A stretch of 64,000 nt of DNA from Azolla caroliniana (Eukaryota; Plantae; Polypodiophyta), in assembly GCA_043228905.1 (NCBI GenBank), contig JBHGNT010000016.1, forward strand, positions 2,418,001 to 2,482,000, read 5' to 3'. Of this stretch, positions 27,701 to 39,729 are shown piece after piece. The notes beneath the pieces were generated by a model that did no database searches, had not been told where the DNA came from, and saw only the letters and a program-made list of their open reading frames with translations. Numbering within the stretch: position 1 is the stretch's first letter; each line of letters begins with the position of its first letter. The position numbers and the translations under genes were made by a program.

Positions 27701-28758
27701 TACACCATTCCTTGTCCGTTAGATCACGGTCAGGAAGGTCTTCACCTCTAGTAGCGGCGACAAGTTTCTTTTGGCTAACATCAATATGTGGCTGAGATTT
27801 TGTCTCTTCGTTGAAGAGAAGCTTTTTCCTCTCTTCATGGTCTCAGGAGCTACCTTGGTCTGGGCTTCGATTGGAGAACCCTGTATGCGAAGCTTTATTT
27901 TCTTCACGGGTCGGTCCGACAGGTTCTCAAACGACCTATTTAAGAAAGTATATGCAAAAACATAAGTTAGATGGTCACATAGATTAAGGTTGTATATTAA
28001 AATATAAATATGAAGATGAAGAACAGTTCTCACTAGCAGGCGATTAGTGGTGAAGTGAAAATATCAATCATGCATTCAGAGTACATGGTAGTCCTATATT
28101 CAAAAATCTATTCTAGGCAGGGCTATTCAAACTAGAAAATATATATCGTAATAAGTAAACAGGGTTATATATTCTTTTAAAGAGTAGGTATGACTTATAT
28201 AGATTCCAAACCTATATTGAGGAGAATTTGCTATTGTAAAGGCAATTTGTGGATCATTTTCTACTATTTTAAGCTATAGTAGGTCATAAAACACCTATAA
28301 TTAGGGCATGTTTTTTTATAAAAGTAAGGCAAGTCAACATAAAAAAGACTGATTTTGACAGACAATTTGATATCTTTTCCACACAATAATTAATTGTTAC
28401 CCCAAAAACACAATTTTTCTCTTTCAGAGCCTTCTTTTATACAGGAACTCGATACGGCGTATCGAGTTCGTGTTTAAATCCTAAACTTTAAATGGGAACT
28501 CGATACGGCGTATCGAGTTCCTGTGCTTTCTTTGCTTTTTAAACAGGAACTCGATACGCCGTATTGAGTTCGTGTTTAAAACCTAAACTTTAAACACGAA
28601 CTCGATACGCCGTATCGAGTTCCTGTTTAAAAAGCAAAAACAAATTATGAACTCGATACGCCGTATCGAGTTCTTGAGCGACGAAACATATTTACAAAAA
28701 TGTCCACAGTGTCAGAGGCCTACCTGAAGTCCTCGCGCTCGATTCTCTTTGAAGACAT
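24710..28758 (-). CDS. ParB-like domain fused to a beta-class N6-adenine/N4-cytosine DNA methyltransferase, about 974 aa, with one 1-bp frameshift near 27843; exons 28758-28724, 27935-26299, 26222-26084, 26000-25534, 25445-25153, 25062-24710
   Basis: GT-AG introns with matching phases; the summed length of 2924 nt is one base short of a codon multiple. ParB-like: LPITHIHRP..IRE..HVQNLKKKM..PFIVMV..YFVIGGSHSAEARRQL..ECKIY..EAKLLAWDHN. MTase: GDVVDLIQKV..LMIADIPYG..W|IKTN..EYITV..YQKPQRLMMRLIEMFSVEGDWILDLFSGT|GTTSTCALKLFRNTVALEKD..RI. Confidence 0.88.
28445..28673. repeat. Array of five 25-bp palindromes at exact 51-bp period in intron 1 of the ParB-MTase gene
   Basis: GAACTCGATAC-GSC-GTATCGAGTTC starts at 28445, 28496, 28547, 28598 and 28649, separated by 26-bp AT-rich spacers. 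Copy 3 has one C>T change. Confidence 0.95.
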
Positions 28759-28873
28759 GGTTGATCGTGTGGTAGTGGAGGCGGAGATCGCGCTTTGGTG
28801 CTTTGTGCTCTGTGGGCTTTGTGTGCTCTGTACGCTCTGTACGCTCTTGTGAGTGAAATATGACGAGGTCTTC

Positions 28874-28882
28874 CTATTTATA
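28874..28882 (-). promoter_or_regulatory. TATA box of the ParB-MTase gene
   Basis: TATAAATAG on the minus strand, about 115 bp upstream of the ATG at 28758. Confidence 0.6.
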
Positions 28883-31800
28883 GGGATTGACCACTGTTAA
28901 GGATCTATGTATCGATGGAGTAAGCTCCTCGATGTCGTGCGGGATTCGGACCGGCGTATACCCTCTTGATGGCGAATCGGGCGGAGATGGTTGTCGGATA
29001 CCTCCGAGCCTCACACTCACTCAACGATTAGTAAATGATTAGCACGATATCTCTCTCACTCTCTCAAGCTCTCTCTCTCATAAACAATAGATCAATAGTA
29101 TAGACAATAAGAAGCAAGAGTATGTCTATTATTAACCCTCTTTGCTAAGAGGTCTAGCACCAACAAGGGGAGAGATTAGTGTTCTCTAACTCAACACTTC
29201 ACTAATCTCTCTTAAGCTCAAAGGTTTACAAGAAAGAGGAGAGGAAGCTCTAGCTCTAATCAATAGGAGATCTTTACCAATGGGAGAACCCCCACAAAGC
29301 CACTACTATGTGGTTTATATAGCTTTCACGTTTAGGGTATGGGCCTTTCACAATTGGCCGTCTCTTTGCTTTCCTTTCCTCTTGCCGTTTCCTCTTCGTA
29401 CTACGTCCTTGTTGATGCGTTCTTATTCGTGATTGGTTGTGTTGTTATCCCAACGCTTAACATCTCCCCCAACCTAATGAGTGCACACTCCCGAGTGCAC
29501 TGTGGGAGGGGAGCTTCGGGTGTCGGGCGCGAGTAGAATTGAGTAGGGGGGTTCGTCGGGGGGTGGGTGGCGGCGGAGATAACGGCGAAGACGACAGATG
29601 TTCAGTGGTGGTAGCCGAATTTCCTGCAGTTGGTCGGTTTTTGTGAAGAAATCTTTCTTGGGGCCGGTGAGCCAGGTGCAGGTGTTATGGCCGGCGAAGG
29701 GAGAAGGGGGCTTTTGACTAAAGCTTATGTAAGCGGGGAAAAAACGTGTGTCGATCATGGTTTCAAAATCCCGTTTGTAGCTTGCGGGGAGGATGTTGAT
29801 GCAGGTCCAGAGGCCGACTAGTTGGTGGCGAGTTGGACCTTTGTTCAAATTGAAGGCGAGGCCCCACGCTGGGTGGTTGTGCCGTTGGAAGGGGGGGGCT
29901 TCGTACGGGCCAGAGTCAAGGAGAATAAGTAGAAGTTGTAGAAAACGAAGGCTGGCTTGAATGTCGGGGTCCGTGACGTCGAGGTATGTACGTAGGAATC
30001 GTCGCATGACCCGGATCATGTCGGGTTCGGTCGGGGATGTGCACGGGGGTCGGGGGAACAACGGCCAGTTGAATTGAAGGGTGGGTAGGCGTGCCTGTGC
30101 AGTGTGGAAATAGGGCCATGGCCAATGACGAGGAAGGGGAAAAAAGGTGGGGTTGGTGCGCAGCTCGGGGGGGTGGCGGGTGAGCCATTCGCGGAAGGAT
30201 GTGTGTGCGAACCAAGGGAGACGCCATGGGGGTTGGGTGCCGGGAGGTTCGAGGAGGGGGTCGGCGACGGGGTGGTGCCACCCGCGAGTGGGGGTGGGGT
30301 GTGCGGCGGCCCAAGTAGACATCTTATCACGGTAAACATGGGGGTAAAGGAAGACGTCGACTTGGGGTTCAGAGGCGACTTCGGGGTAATAGTTGTAGAG
30401 GCGAGTGAGGAGGAGGGGGGTCTCGCAGAAGTCGAACTCCCATGGAATGGGGGCGGCAGACTGATTGTCGAGACGAGTGTCCCAACTGGTACCACTTTCG
30501 ATGCAATCAAGGGCGGTTTGGAGGTCGTGGGTGAGTTGTTGGTGGAGCATGAGGTGTGCGAGGGGATGGTTGAAGGGGAGAGCTTTGCGGAGGATGGCCT
30601 CCGTGAATGTCCGACCGGGGTGGGTGACGACCCGTGTGTGGAGGGGGAAAGTGTCGAGTGGTGGGGGGGAAAGGGGGTGAGCCGAGGGGGGTGTGCGAAA
30701 TGGGTTGTCACCGAACATGGGATGTGTGTGGTCGGGGACGTGGTGCTCACTGAGGTGAGGGTGTGGGGGCGAGTGGTGAGGAGGGAAGGGAGGTGGGCTA
30801 GTAGGTGGGGGAGGTGGTGGGGGTGGGGGGGGGCTTGGAGGTGGGGAGGAGGGAGGGCGAGGGCGAGGAGGTGGTTGGGTGTCGGGTTCATCAAGTGAGT
30901 CGTGGTCCCCCTCTAGGTCGATCTCTAGGGGGGGAGAAGCGGGGTGCGGGGGTAGGAGGGCACGAGCACGAGCCTCATCGAACGTCATGAGTTGATACTC
31001 GTGGGAAACGTCGAGGTATAGGGCTAATTCCGGTATGTCATCAACCTCGAGGTCGGTGGGCCAGTTGAACGTGGCGTATTCGATGCTGAATATGTGAGTA
31101 CGAACCCTGACGTCCCAGGCGGTTTGCCAAGCGCGTACTAGCAAGAGGAAACCGAAAGGGGGTACGGAGGTCCTTGTGTTTTCCAACAGGGTGCGGGTGA
31201 GGGTGTCGGCGATGTGGTGTAAGCGCACCAATGTTGTGAAGAGGTGGGCCAACTGGTCTTCGGTGACTTGCATCGTGACATCAGAAGGGTAGGTGAAATA
31301 GATCAGGTCGGCGATGTCCAAGTCGGGGGTGAGGGCGGTGTGAAGGTAGGCCATACCTTTGAGGAACAAAATGGGGAGGTGTTGGGGGAAGAGGTCGCCG
31401 GCTGGGGGAGCGGGTTCTTCGGTGGCTTCCTGGTATAACATGAAGAGGGCGAGGGCGTGGTTGTCTTCGGGGAGTACTCGGATGAAGGTCTGCCGGTCTG
31501 GGGGCGTGGTTTCGTCAAAGAATACGCGACGCGTGGCGGCTAACGACCGAAGGACGCATGTTGCTTGGATGAGGAGGGTGCGTGGTGTGCGTGGTGCAGT
31601 GAAAAGTTCGGAGAGCAGGGAGGTCGAGGTCACGTACACCGAGAGTGCCTGGATCATATTCGGAGAGCCAACTGGGGTAAGGAGAGGGGTCTGACTGGTG
31701 GAGGGGTCCGTCGCACCGGGGGTGAGGGCATGTTCAAGGGCAGCTTTGGACGTGCGTAGTTGAAGGATGTCCTTTTCGAGGTCGGCGCATTGGCGGCGGT

Positions 31801-34009
31801 GTTTGGTGAGGAGACATCGATTGCGTTCATTGGCGACTTCGACTTGGTGGATCATGGCATCTCGTTCAGCCTTGAGGGTGATGATCTCGCTCGTGAGTTG
31901 GTGAGTGGTGGCCATGGCGGTGGCAAGGGCCTCGGACCGTTCAGAGAGATCAGTCGTCACGGTTGCGAGGCGGGCCTCGGTCAGTTGGTGTTGGGTGGTG
32001 AGGCGAATGTACTCGGCCGAAAGTTTGGTATGTGTTTGCGCAACGCGTTCCTGGTCGTGGTGCCAAGTTGTCCGAGCTTGTTGGAATTCGTCAGCGAGTT
32101 GTTGGTGTCGGGTTTGCGTGATCAAGAGTTCTTGCTTGAGGAGGTCGTGGGCGGCCGCTTGGCATGCGTTGGTATGGAGGGCGCTCCGTACCTCAGCGAC
32201 CAAGATCTCGTTCCGTGTAGACGTCTCGTGTTGGTCGGTGGCGGTCTGTTGGGCCTGTGCCTGAACTTGAAGTAGGCGGCGGTTCACGACGGCAATCATC
32301 TTTAGGAGGTCGGCCACCATGTCGGTTAAGGGTTTGGGGGGGACGGCGATGGAGGAGGTAGGGTGGGTAGTAACTGCAATGAGGGAGGTCGGGTGGGGCA
32401 CGGAGGTCGGGAGGGGGGGGTGGTGGAAGCGGGGTTGTCATTTGGGTGGGGGCGAGGGTGGGTTGGAGAGGAACTACCGAGGTTGCGGTCGGGGGTCGGT
32501 CGGGGGTTTCGGTGTCGGGAGCGGTGTGGCGGGCGAGTTTATAGGGTCGGGGTTGCGGGGTGTCGTCGGTGGTGGTGGTGGACGAGAAAGGTGGGGTAGT
32601 TGTGGCCGGAGCGGGGGGAGAGGATTCGTGGGGTGGAGGGGTTGGCGAGGTGGGTGGAGGCGGGGTTGGCGGGTTCCGTTGGTCGCGTAAGATTGACTCA
32701 GTGGTGCAGCTGCGGGAACGCGGAGTCGTGGTTGTGGTCTGATGTGACACATAGTGGAAAGTGGTGGACAAGGCTTGGATTTCGGTGGGGGTGAACTCGT
32801 GTGTCTGGAATTCCTTGACACGATTCGTGATATCCTCAGGGGTGTCGAGGTTAGCTTCGGCTGACACGTGGGTGATCGGGGGTTGTTTGTGTGCTGGTGG
32901 CCGTGCCTGTTCGCCTTGATGCACTTGTCGTAAAAAGTCGCGTTCAGGTAGACGAAGGGTTCGAGTTGACCTGGGACAGTGATCTTGCGGAAGCGTTCTT
33001 GGCAGCGTACGAAGGGAGGGGCGGGGGGTCCGATGTTGAACTTTGCGCACAAGTAGCGGGTGAGGAACCATGCGAAATTGACAGTCGATTTGGGCCGTGT
33101 GTGTTATGTACACATAACGTTGGTGAGGGTAGGTCACTAATATTTACATTAGTGAAGGGTATGTTCACTATTATTAAAAAGGGGACTAATGATTGGATAG
33201 AATGAATGATATGTGCATGCACTATCATGATTTAGACAACCAATGAATAGAGAGCCTTTTAGAAAGGCACATCTATTCAAGGGGCCTAGGAAAAGGTATA
33301 AATATGAGGCTTAGCTACCCTCATAGACATAATCACGTCGGAAGGCTGCTGTCGTAGACACCGGTGGTGCGGGCTAGGCTTTCGTCTCGACGATCGTGTT
33401 TATCTCTTCCAAGGTATTAGTCATCCTAATATCCGGCGGTATGGGACGTCGGTGGTAGGTTGGCTATGTCTAGATCATAGCTCGGGGGTGGTCGGGTGGA
33501 ACGGGTTCTTCTATCCAATCTATTTTCTTCCTTTTTACTTGATTTGGTCTATTGATTAGTAATAGACTCTTAACAGTGGTATCAGAGCTTTTACTAACAA
33601 TTTTTTTGTTGTTTTGATGTTTTTTGCGTGTGAGCGAGGGGGATCTAACAAGGCTCGTCATGCTCTTCTCAGGATCAAAACAACACTCTAAACCCGGTAT
33701 TCTTCTTTTTTGATCTCTTCTCTTTTTCTATTATGCGTTCTTTATGGTCGAATCAAATTGGTATTACGTTTTATTCTCTTTCTTTCTACCTCCTACTACG
33801 CTACGATTTTACTTATTGTTATGCATCGGGCCGAGCGTGTTTGCACTAATCGCACACGCTCAACTCATGGCCTTTTGCATATTGCGATATATATCCCACT
33901 CTCTCCTCTCTTGAACTCTTACGATAATAATTATTCTTGTGCATTGGGTCGAGCGTGTTTGCTCTAATCACACACGCTTATCTCATGGCCGTTTTGCATA
34001 TGATGTTGA

Positions 34010-34340
34010 GTATACCACTCTTCCCCTCTATTGAGCCATCACTTGGCCGATTCTAAGGGATGATGTGGCCTTGACGAGGTGTATGTTGCCTACCTATGCC
34101 ACTCTACTCTCTATTAAGCCATCAATTGGCCGATTCTATGGGATGTTGTGGCCTTGACAAGGTATATGTAGCTTACATATGCCACTTTCCTTTTTAATTA
34201 GCCATCAATTGGCCGATTCTAAGGGATGATGTGGCCTTGACGAGGTATATGTCACTTACCTATGCCACTTTCCTCTTTAATTAGCCATTACTTGGCCGAT
34301 TCTAGGGATATGTGGTGGTCTTGAGGAGGTGCATGTCAAC
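34010..34340. repeat. About 81-bp tandem repeat x4 in the chromovirus 5' UTR
   Basis: agccatcaattggccgattcta.gggatgatgtggccttgacgaggt..tatgccact recurs four times. Confidence 0.85.
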
Positions 34341-35328
34341 TACCCTAGGGTTTCGTATCTTAGGGCATGTTTGATTCCATACACCTAATTGTTGATTATT
34401 CTAATTAAATCTTAATTTCATAAGTATTGTTTCACTTATATGATTTTCTAGTAATTATTATTTACCCGCCCACAATTAACTCTCCTTTTTCCACTTCCTT
34501 TTCATGTATAAAGTATTTACATCGTTTATTTTTAATGTAACCTTTACGTGTAGACTATTTTTTCGTATGGAGTGGCTTGTTGAACGATTTTTTTTCAACG
34601 GGTCATCTAGGTTTAACTCTTATCATCAAGCCTTAGAAAACGAGTAAAACCATATGCGTTCCCTTATTGATGTTTTACTCATGGATTTGAGTATTACATC
34701 TTTGCGCACAACACCGTCATCACTTGTATCAATTTGTGGCTTATGTCACAATTGTGCAAGTTATAACAATCATATTGGGATGTATATGTGCATACCTTGC
34801 ACTTCCCATTTATTTGTGACATTGTTTTTTTCGTAGGTAACACATGGGTTCTTTTTTTTTACCCTTGTTTTCGTCACTACTTAACTCTTATGAGTAGTGC
34901 CTTATTTTATCATTTTATCATCACGTTTGCTTATTGCTCGCAAGACTAGAATATTACTTGTGAGTGCACTTGTTTTTTCACGTAATACACTTTCTCGACC
35001 ATATAATACATGATGGGTTGGCATTAATATAAGGCTATCTAGGAAATTTCATTGATGTAAGAACCATGGTTGAGCCTCGGGGAGCCGCCATGATTACTCA
35101 AGATAGAGATCCGAGAAATACATCTTAGCTATGTTTTCCCCCATGGTTTTTAAAACACCATAGTGTTACCATAGTTATCGGATCTCGAATCACATCTCAT
35201 ATGTCTAGAGGGGTAAAGACATGAGATACTTTCTTGGATAAAGTTCTTTCAATCAAAATTTCAAGCATTCATTTTGCTTGTGTATTTTCTGAACCTCCTT
35301 ATTTTATTGCATACCCACAGCGTGCATC

Positions 35329-38300
35329 ATGGAACAAGTTTTGAACGCAGTTGGAACGATCTCTCCAAATGAGACCTCTCAACCCCAATCCGCATCTCGC
35401 ACACAAGCTGAGATCACTATTGAGCAATTGCTCACTACTACCTTGAATCAATTGGCCGAAATGAGACAGGCCAATATGGCATTGGAAAAGAAATTCCAAG
35501 AATCTATTGAGTCCAAGAAAGAAGGTGAACCTTCCTTCGTAGTCACGCCTTTCAAGGGAGATAAGAAAGAAAGAACCGAGGAGGCCATTAGCACTTGGCT
35601 TGGTCGTTGGGAGTCTCACTTTGAGCTTCATCCCAAGCCCGATGCAGTAAAAATTGGTTATGTCGGTCGTGAGTTAGGTGGCCGAGCTGCTGCTTGGTGG
35701 CGTGGCCTAAGGACCGCAAAAAACTTACCCACAACTTGGGAAGGTTTCGTTGATGTTTTTAAGAAACAATTCTTGCAGCCACCTTCTCAAACCGAACAAG
35801 CGCAACACTTGCTCACATTGTCTAGTAAGCCATTTACCTCTCTCGAGGATTATGTGCATCACGCTCGGACCCAGATCCAAAAATCGGGACTTACGGGTGA
35901 GAAATGGTTTGTCGCTTGTTTTTTGAATGGTATTCCCAATGGGGATTATCATTGGATTGTCCATGACAAGGACCCCACAACTTTCGAGGAAGCCGTCAAC
36001 ATTGTGCTGCGATACCATAGGACTTCCAAGAAAGACCACAATAAACCTGAGTTCGCCAAAACTCCGAATGTCAAGTTCATTGGGAAACGTAAGCAATCCA
36101 GTGACACTCTTGACCGCGACTCAAAGAAACCGAACCTCTTCTGTGCATATTGCAAGAAGCGGGGCCACACAAAGGATACCTGTCGTCGTCTTGAGAGGAA
36201 GTCAATGAACACCCCTCCTCAAGACAAATCTACGAGTCACACAGGTGAGTCTTTTGATATTGTTGAAGTTCATACCAATCACTTAAGTTTATGTGAATGC
36301 ACTTTTCCTTCACATCTACTTGGACCTAATGATTTACTCCGAGCAGTCGGATATATCAATGGAACACAAGCACATTTCTTGTTTGATTCCGGTAGTTCTC
36401 ACAATTTTCTTAATGATCACTTTGTGCAGCAAATGGAGCTCCACATAAACGCAAGTGATCATATCTATCAAGTTCACATGGCAAATGGAAACGTTCAATA
36501 CATCAGTGGCATTGTTTGTCAACTGCCAATTCAAATAGATACTTATTTGGAGAAGCTTGACTTTCATGTTATGAAATTACAATCCGCAGATGTCATTTTA
36601 GGATATCCTTGGTTTTTTAATAAAAACCCTTCTTTGTCCATTGATTGGGTTAATCACTCAATCACATTTGAACTTAATAATTGTAAACATTTTATTCAAT
36701 GTTCCAAACTTCCTTCTCATTCACTTGTGTCTTCTAAATCTTTAAGTGAGTATTCTAGTTCATTAATTTATTCGTGTGTAATTGATCCTGCGGTTCAATT
36801 TTATTATTTTAATATTGACGCCACACAATTACCACATTTTGAGCAACGATTACTTGACTCTATTTTAGAGGATTTTCAAGATGTGTTTCCTACTGAATTA
36901 CCGCTTACTTTACCACCTAAACGTAATGTGGACCATCAAATTGAACTCATCCCTGGGGCTGCTCCTGTGAGCATTCCACCTTACCGACTTAGTCGATTAG
37001 AAGAGGATGAGATCGCTAAACAACTTAAGGAATACTTGAGTATGGGCCACATTAGGTATAGTAAATCACCTTGGGGTGCGCCAGTTCTATTAGTCAAGAA
37101 GAAGGAAGGTTCGTGGCGAATGTGTATCAATTATCGCCGTTTGAATAAAATGACAATTAAGAATGCATATCCATTACCTCGTGCCGATGATTTGATTGAT
37201 CGTTTACACGGGGCTCGATATTTTACGAAAATTGACTTACGAACTGGTTATCATCAGATTCGCATCGCCGAGGATGATATTCCTAAAACCGCTTTTCGTA
37301 CGCGCTATGGCCATTATGAGTTTTTAGTCATGCCGTTTGGGTTGACTAATGCTCCAGCCACATTCCAACAAGCGATGAATGATGTTTTCCGAGATCAACT
37401 CGGTGATTTTGTTGTCGTCTTCTTGGATGATATTTTGATATATAGCCGTACCTTGCAAGATCATGTTCAACATGTTCGATTTGTTTTGCGAAAGTTGCGT
37501 GACAACTCTTTCTATGCAAAACATTCAAAATGTGACTTCTTCCAAAAATCTATTGTGTACCTAGGTCATTTAATTACAGAAAATGGCGTTGAAATTGAAC
37601 CTTCTCGTATTGAAAAGGTTAAACTTTGGCCCATTCCTCGTAATATTCGTGAACTTAGATCATTCTTAGGGTTTGTTGGATTTTTACGAAAATCAATTCG
37701 TAACTATTCCAAATTGACTACGCCATTGACTGACCTTTTAAAAGGTCATCCACGTAAGTCTGTCAAACCAATTTCATGGAATGAACAACTTGACAAATCA
37801 TTTGAGACACTCAAGGAGCATGTGTGTCAGGCTCCCACTCTTCTATTACCAGACCCTTCTAAGCCTTTCTCAATTGAAACCGATGCTAGTGATTATGCTA
37901 TTGGTGTCGTTCTTTATCAAGGTGGTCACCCTATTGCTTTTGAAAGTAAGAAGCTTGATGCTGCTCAATCTCGGTATTCGGTTCAAGAGAAAGAGTTGTT
38001 TGAGGTAATACACGCACTTAAAACATGGAGGCACTATCTCTATGGAAATAAATTTGTGGTTACAACAGACCATCAATCATTAAAGTATTTTTGTGACCAG
38101 CCCGATCTTGTTGGTCGTAAAGGCCGTTGGGCTGACCTTATGCAAGATTTTGATTTTTCCATACGATATCGCAAGGGTTCTATGAACACCGTTGCTGATG
38201 CTCTTAGTCGCATTAAAGAAGTTAACATGCTTAGCTTCACGGAAATAAAATCTGATCTTTTAGATCACCTTCGAGGGAAATACCTTGATGCCAGTTATTT

Positions 38301-39729
38301 CTCAAAATACTGGACGAAAGCCGAATCTGGTTTAGATGCCGATACTAGCACCCTACCCTCGAAGGCAACCTTTCACATTACAAACGGTTTGCTCTACCGT
38401 AGTGGAAAGGTCTGTGTTCCAGATTTACCAAATGTTAAACAGAAAATTTTTCATGAATGTCATGATGCACCATCTGCTGGTCATCCTGGAATACAACGCA
38501 CACTCGTTCTCATCTCGTGTACTTTTTTCTGGCCTAAGATGCGCTCTGACGTGCATAAATACGTAACTCAATGCTTACAATGTCAGATTAATAAGTCGGA
38601 ACGACTTAAAGCTGCTGGTCTTTTACATCCCTTAGATATTCCCAACAATAAATGGGAAAGTATCTCGATGGATTTTATTGTTAGTTTACCTCGTACACAG
38701 AGGAGTCATGATGCCATATGGGTTGTCGTTGACAGGCTAACAAAATTAGCTAGATTTATTCCTACAAAAACCACGGTAACCGCTCAACAGTTGGCTTATC
38801 AATTTGTTGATGAGTTATTTCGTTTTTATGGATTACCGATGGATATTGTTAGTGATCGAGATTCCAAGTTTACTAGTGACTTTTGGACTCAGGTCTTTAA
38901 GAAACTAGAAACTACGTTGAGCATGAGTTCCGCAGATCATCCTCAGTCTGATGGACAAACTGAACGAGTTAATCAAATTATTGAGGACATGCTTCGAGCT
39001 TATGTAGCAAAAACCCCTTCTAAGTGGGAGCAATACCTTCCTATCTTAGAATTTGCCTATAATAGCTCTAAACATACATCCACTGGATATAGTCCTTTTA
39101 TGTTGATGTATGGTTTTCAGCCACGTGCCCCAGTTGATGTCACGATTCATCGTGATACATTAGACAGTACACGCAATTTTTTGCAAGACATGAACCAAAT
39201 GTTGCATATTGCCAAAGAAAATGTCAAGACAGCTCAAGATCGTGCTCGATTTTATGCTGATCAGGATAGACGTCCTCGTGCATTTACTATTGGTCAAAAA
39301 GTTTTTTTGCGTGTCCCGACTGATTCTACGTCATTATCTACGGGCAAGTGCGCTAAGTTAGCCCCACGATATTGTGGCCCATTTGAAATCCTTAAGCGAG
39401 TTGGGTCATCTGCTTATCACCTTGCCTTACCTCGTAACGTTGGTATTCATCCTGTTTTTCACGTCAGTCGTCTAAAACCATTTTTAGGCTCTGGTGATAA
39501 CACCATCACAATCCAAGATCTTGTAACATTAGAGGATTTTTCTTACAAACCTCATGTTCCTGAACGAATTCTTGATTCTCGTACTAAACGTTTACGTTCT
39601 AAAGAGATTCGGCTATTCAAGATCAAATGGATGGATAAACCTATTGATGATGCCACATGGGAACGCGAGCATTCGCTTAAGGCACAATTTCCTCACTTTA
39701 TATTGCAAGAGTGCAATCTTTTGAAGTAG
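35329..39729 (+). CDS. Gag-Pol polyprotein with chromodomain, 1466 aa
   Basis: [33 protein letters not shown] and DDE integrase, GPF motif, chromodomain [17 protein letters not shown]. The ORF is uninterrupted. Confidence 0.96.
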   Translation: MEQVLNAVGTISPNETSQPQSASRTQAEITIEQLLTTTLNQLAEMRQANMALEKKFQESIESKKEGEPSFVVTPFKGDKKERTEEAISTWLGRWESHFELHPKPDAVKIGYVGRELGGRAAAWWRGLRTAKNLPTTWEGFVDVFKKQFLQPPSQTEQAQHLLTLSSKPFTSLEDYVHHARTQIQKSGLTGEKWFVACFLNGIPNGDYHWIVHDKDPTTFEEAVNIVLRYHRTSKKDHNKPEFAKTPNVKFIGKRKQSSDTLDRDSKKPNLFCAYCKKRGHTKDTCRRLERKSMNTPPQDKSTSHTGESFDIVEVHTNHLSLCECTFPSHLLGPNDLLRAVGYINGTQAHFLFDSGSSHNFLNDHFVQQMELHINASDHIYQVHMANGNVQYISGIVCQLPIQIDTYLEKLDFHVMKLQSADVILGYPWFFNKNPSLSIDWVNHSITFELNNCKHFIQCSKLPSHSLVSSKSLSEYSSSLIYSCVIDPAVQFYYFNIDATQLPHFEQRLLDSILEDFQDVFPTELPLTLPPKRNVDHQIELIPGAAPVSIPPYRLSRLEEDEIAKQLKEYLSMGHIRYSKSPWGAPVLLVKKKEGSWRMCINYRRLNKMTIKNAYPLPRADDLIDRLHGARYFTKIDLRTGYHQIRIAEDDIPKTAFRTRYGHYEFLVMPFGLTNAPATFQQAMNDVFRDQLGDFVVVFLDDILIYSRTLQDHVQHVRFVLRKLRDNSFYAKHSKCDFFQKSIVYLGHLITENGVEIEPSRIEKVKLWPIPRNIRELRSFLGFVGFLRKSIRNYSKLTTPLTDLLKGHPRKSVKPISWNEQLDKSFETLKEHVCQAPTLLLPDPSKPFSIETDASDYAIGVVLYQGGHPIAFESKKLDAAQSRYSVQEKELFEVIHALKTWRHYLYGNKFVVTTDHQSLKYFCDQPDLVGRKGRWADLMQDFDFSIRYRKGSMNTVADALSRIKEVNMLSFTEIKSDLLDHLRGKYLDASYFSKYWTKAESGLDADTSTLPSKATFHITNGLLYRSGKVCVPDLPNVKQKIFHECHDAPSAGHPGIQRTLVLISCTFFWPKMRSDVHKYVTQCLQCQINKSERLKAAGLLHPLDIPNNKWESISMDFIVSLPRTQRSHDAIWVVVDRLTKLARFIPTKTTVTAQQLAYQFVDELFRFYGLPMDIVSDRDSKFTSDFWTQVFKKLETTLSMSSADHPQSDGQTERVNQIIEDMLRAYVAKTPSKWEQYLPILEFAYNSSKHTSTGYSPFMLMYGFQPRAPVDVTIHRDTLDSTRNFLQDMNQMLHIAKENVKTAQDRARFYADQDRRPRAFTIGQKVFLRVPTDSTSLSTGKCAKLAPRYCGPFEILKRVGSSAYHLALPRNVGIHPVFHVSRLKPFLGSGDNTITIQDLVTLEDFSYKPHVPERILDSRTKRLRSKEIRLFKIKWMDKPIDDATWEREHSLKAQFPHFILQECNLLK

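Noticed and set aside
28445-28673. CRISPR array (palindromic repeats with constant-length spacers)
   Set aside because: Spacers are related to each other (1 resembles 3; 4 is partly the reverse complement of 2), no cas genes are present, and the array lies in a spliceosomal intron.
24710-28758. Bacterial or phage contamination as the source of the ParB-MTase
   Set aside because: The gene has five GT-AG introns, lies inside TIRs within a plant LINE, and has plant LTR elements inserted beside it.
29474-32401. True retroviral envelope gene
   Set aside because: No signal peptide, fusion peptide or convincing TM helix is visible, so it is kept as an extra ORF of unknown function.
29630-33205. 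Many overlapping plus-strand ORFs
   Set aside because: These are stop-poor shadows of the GC-rich minus-strand extra ORF.
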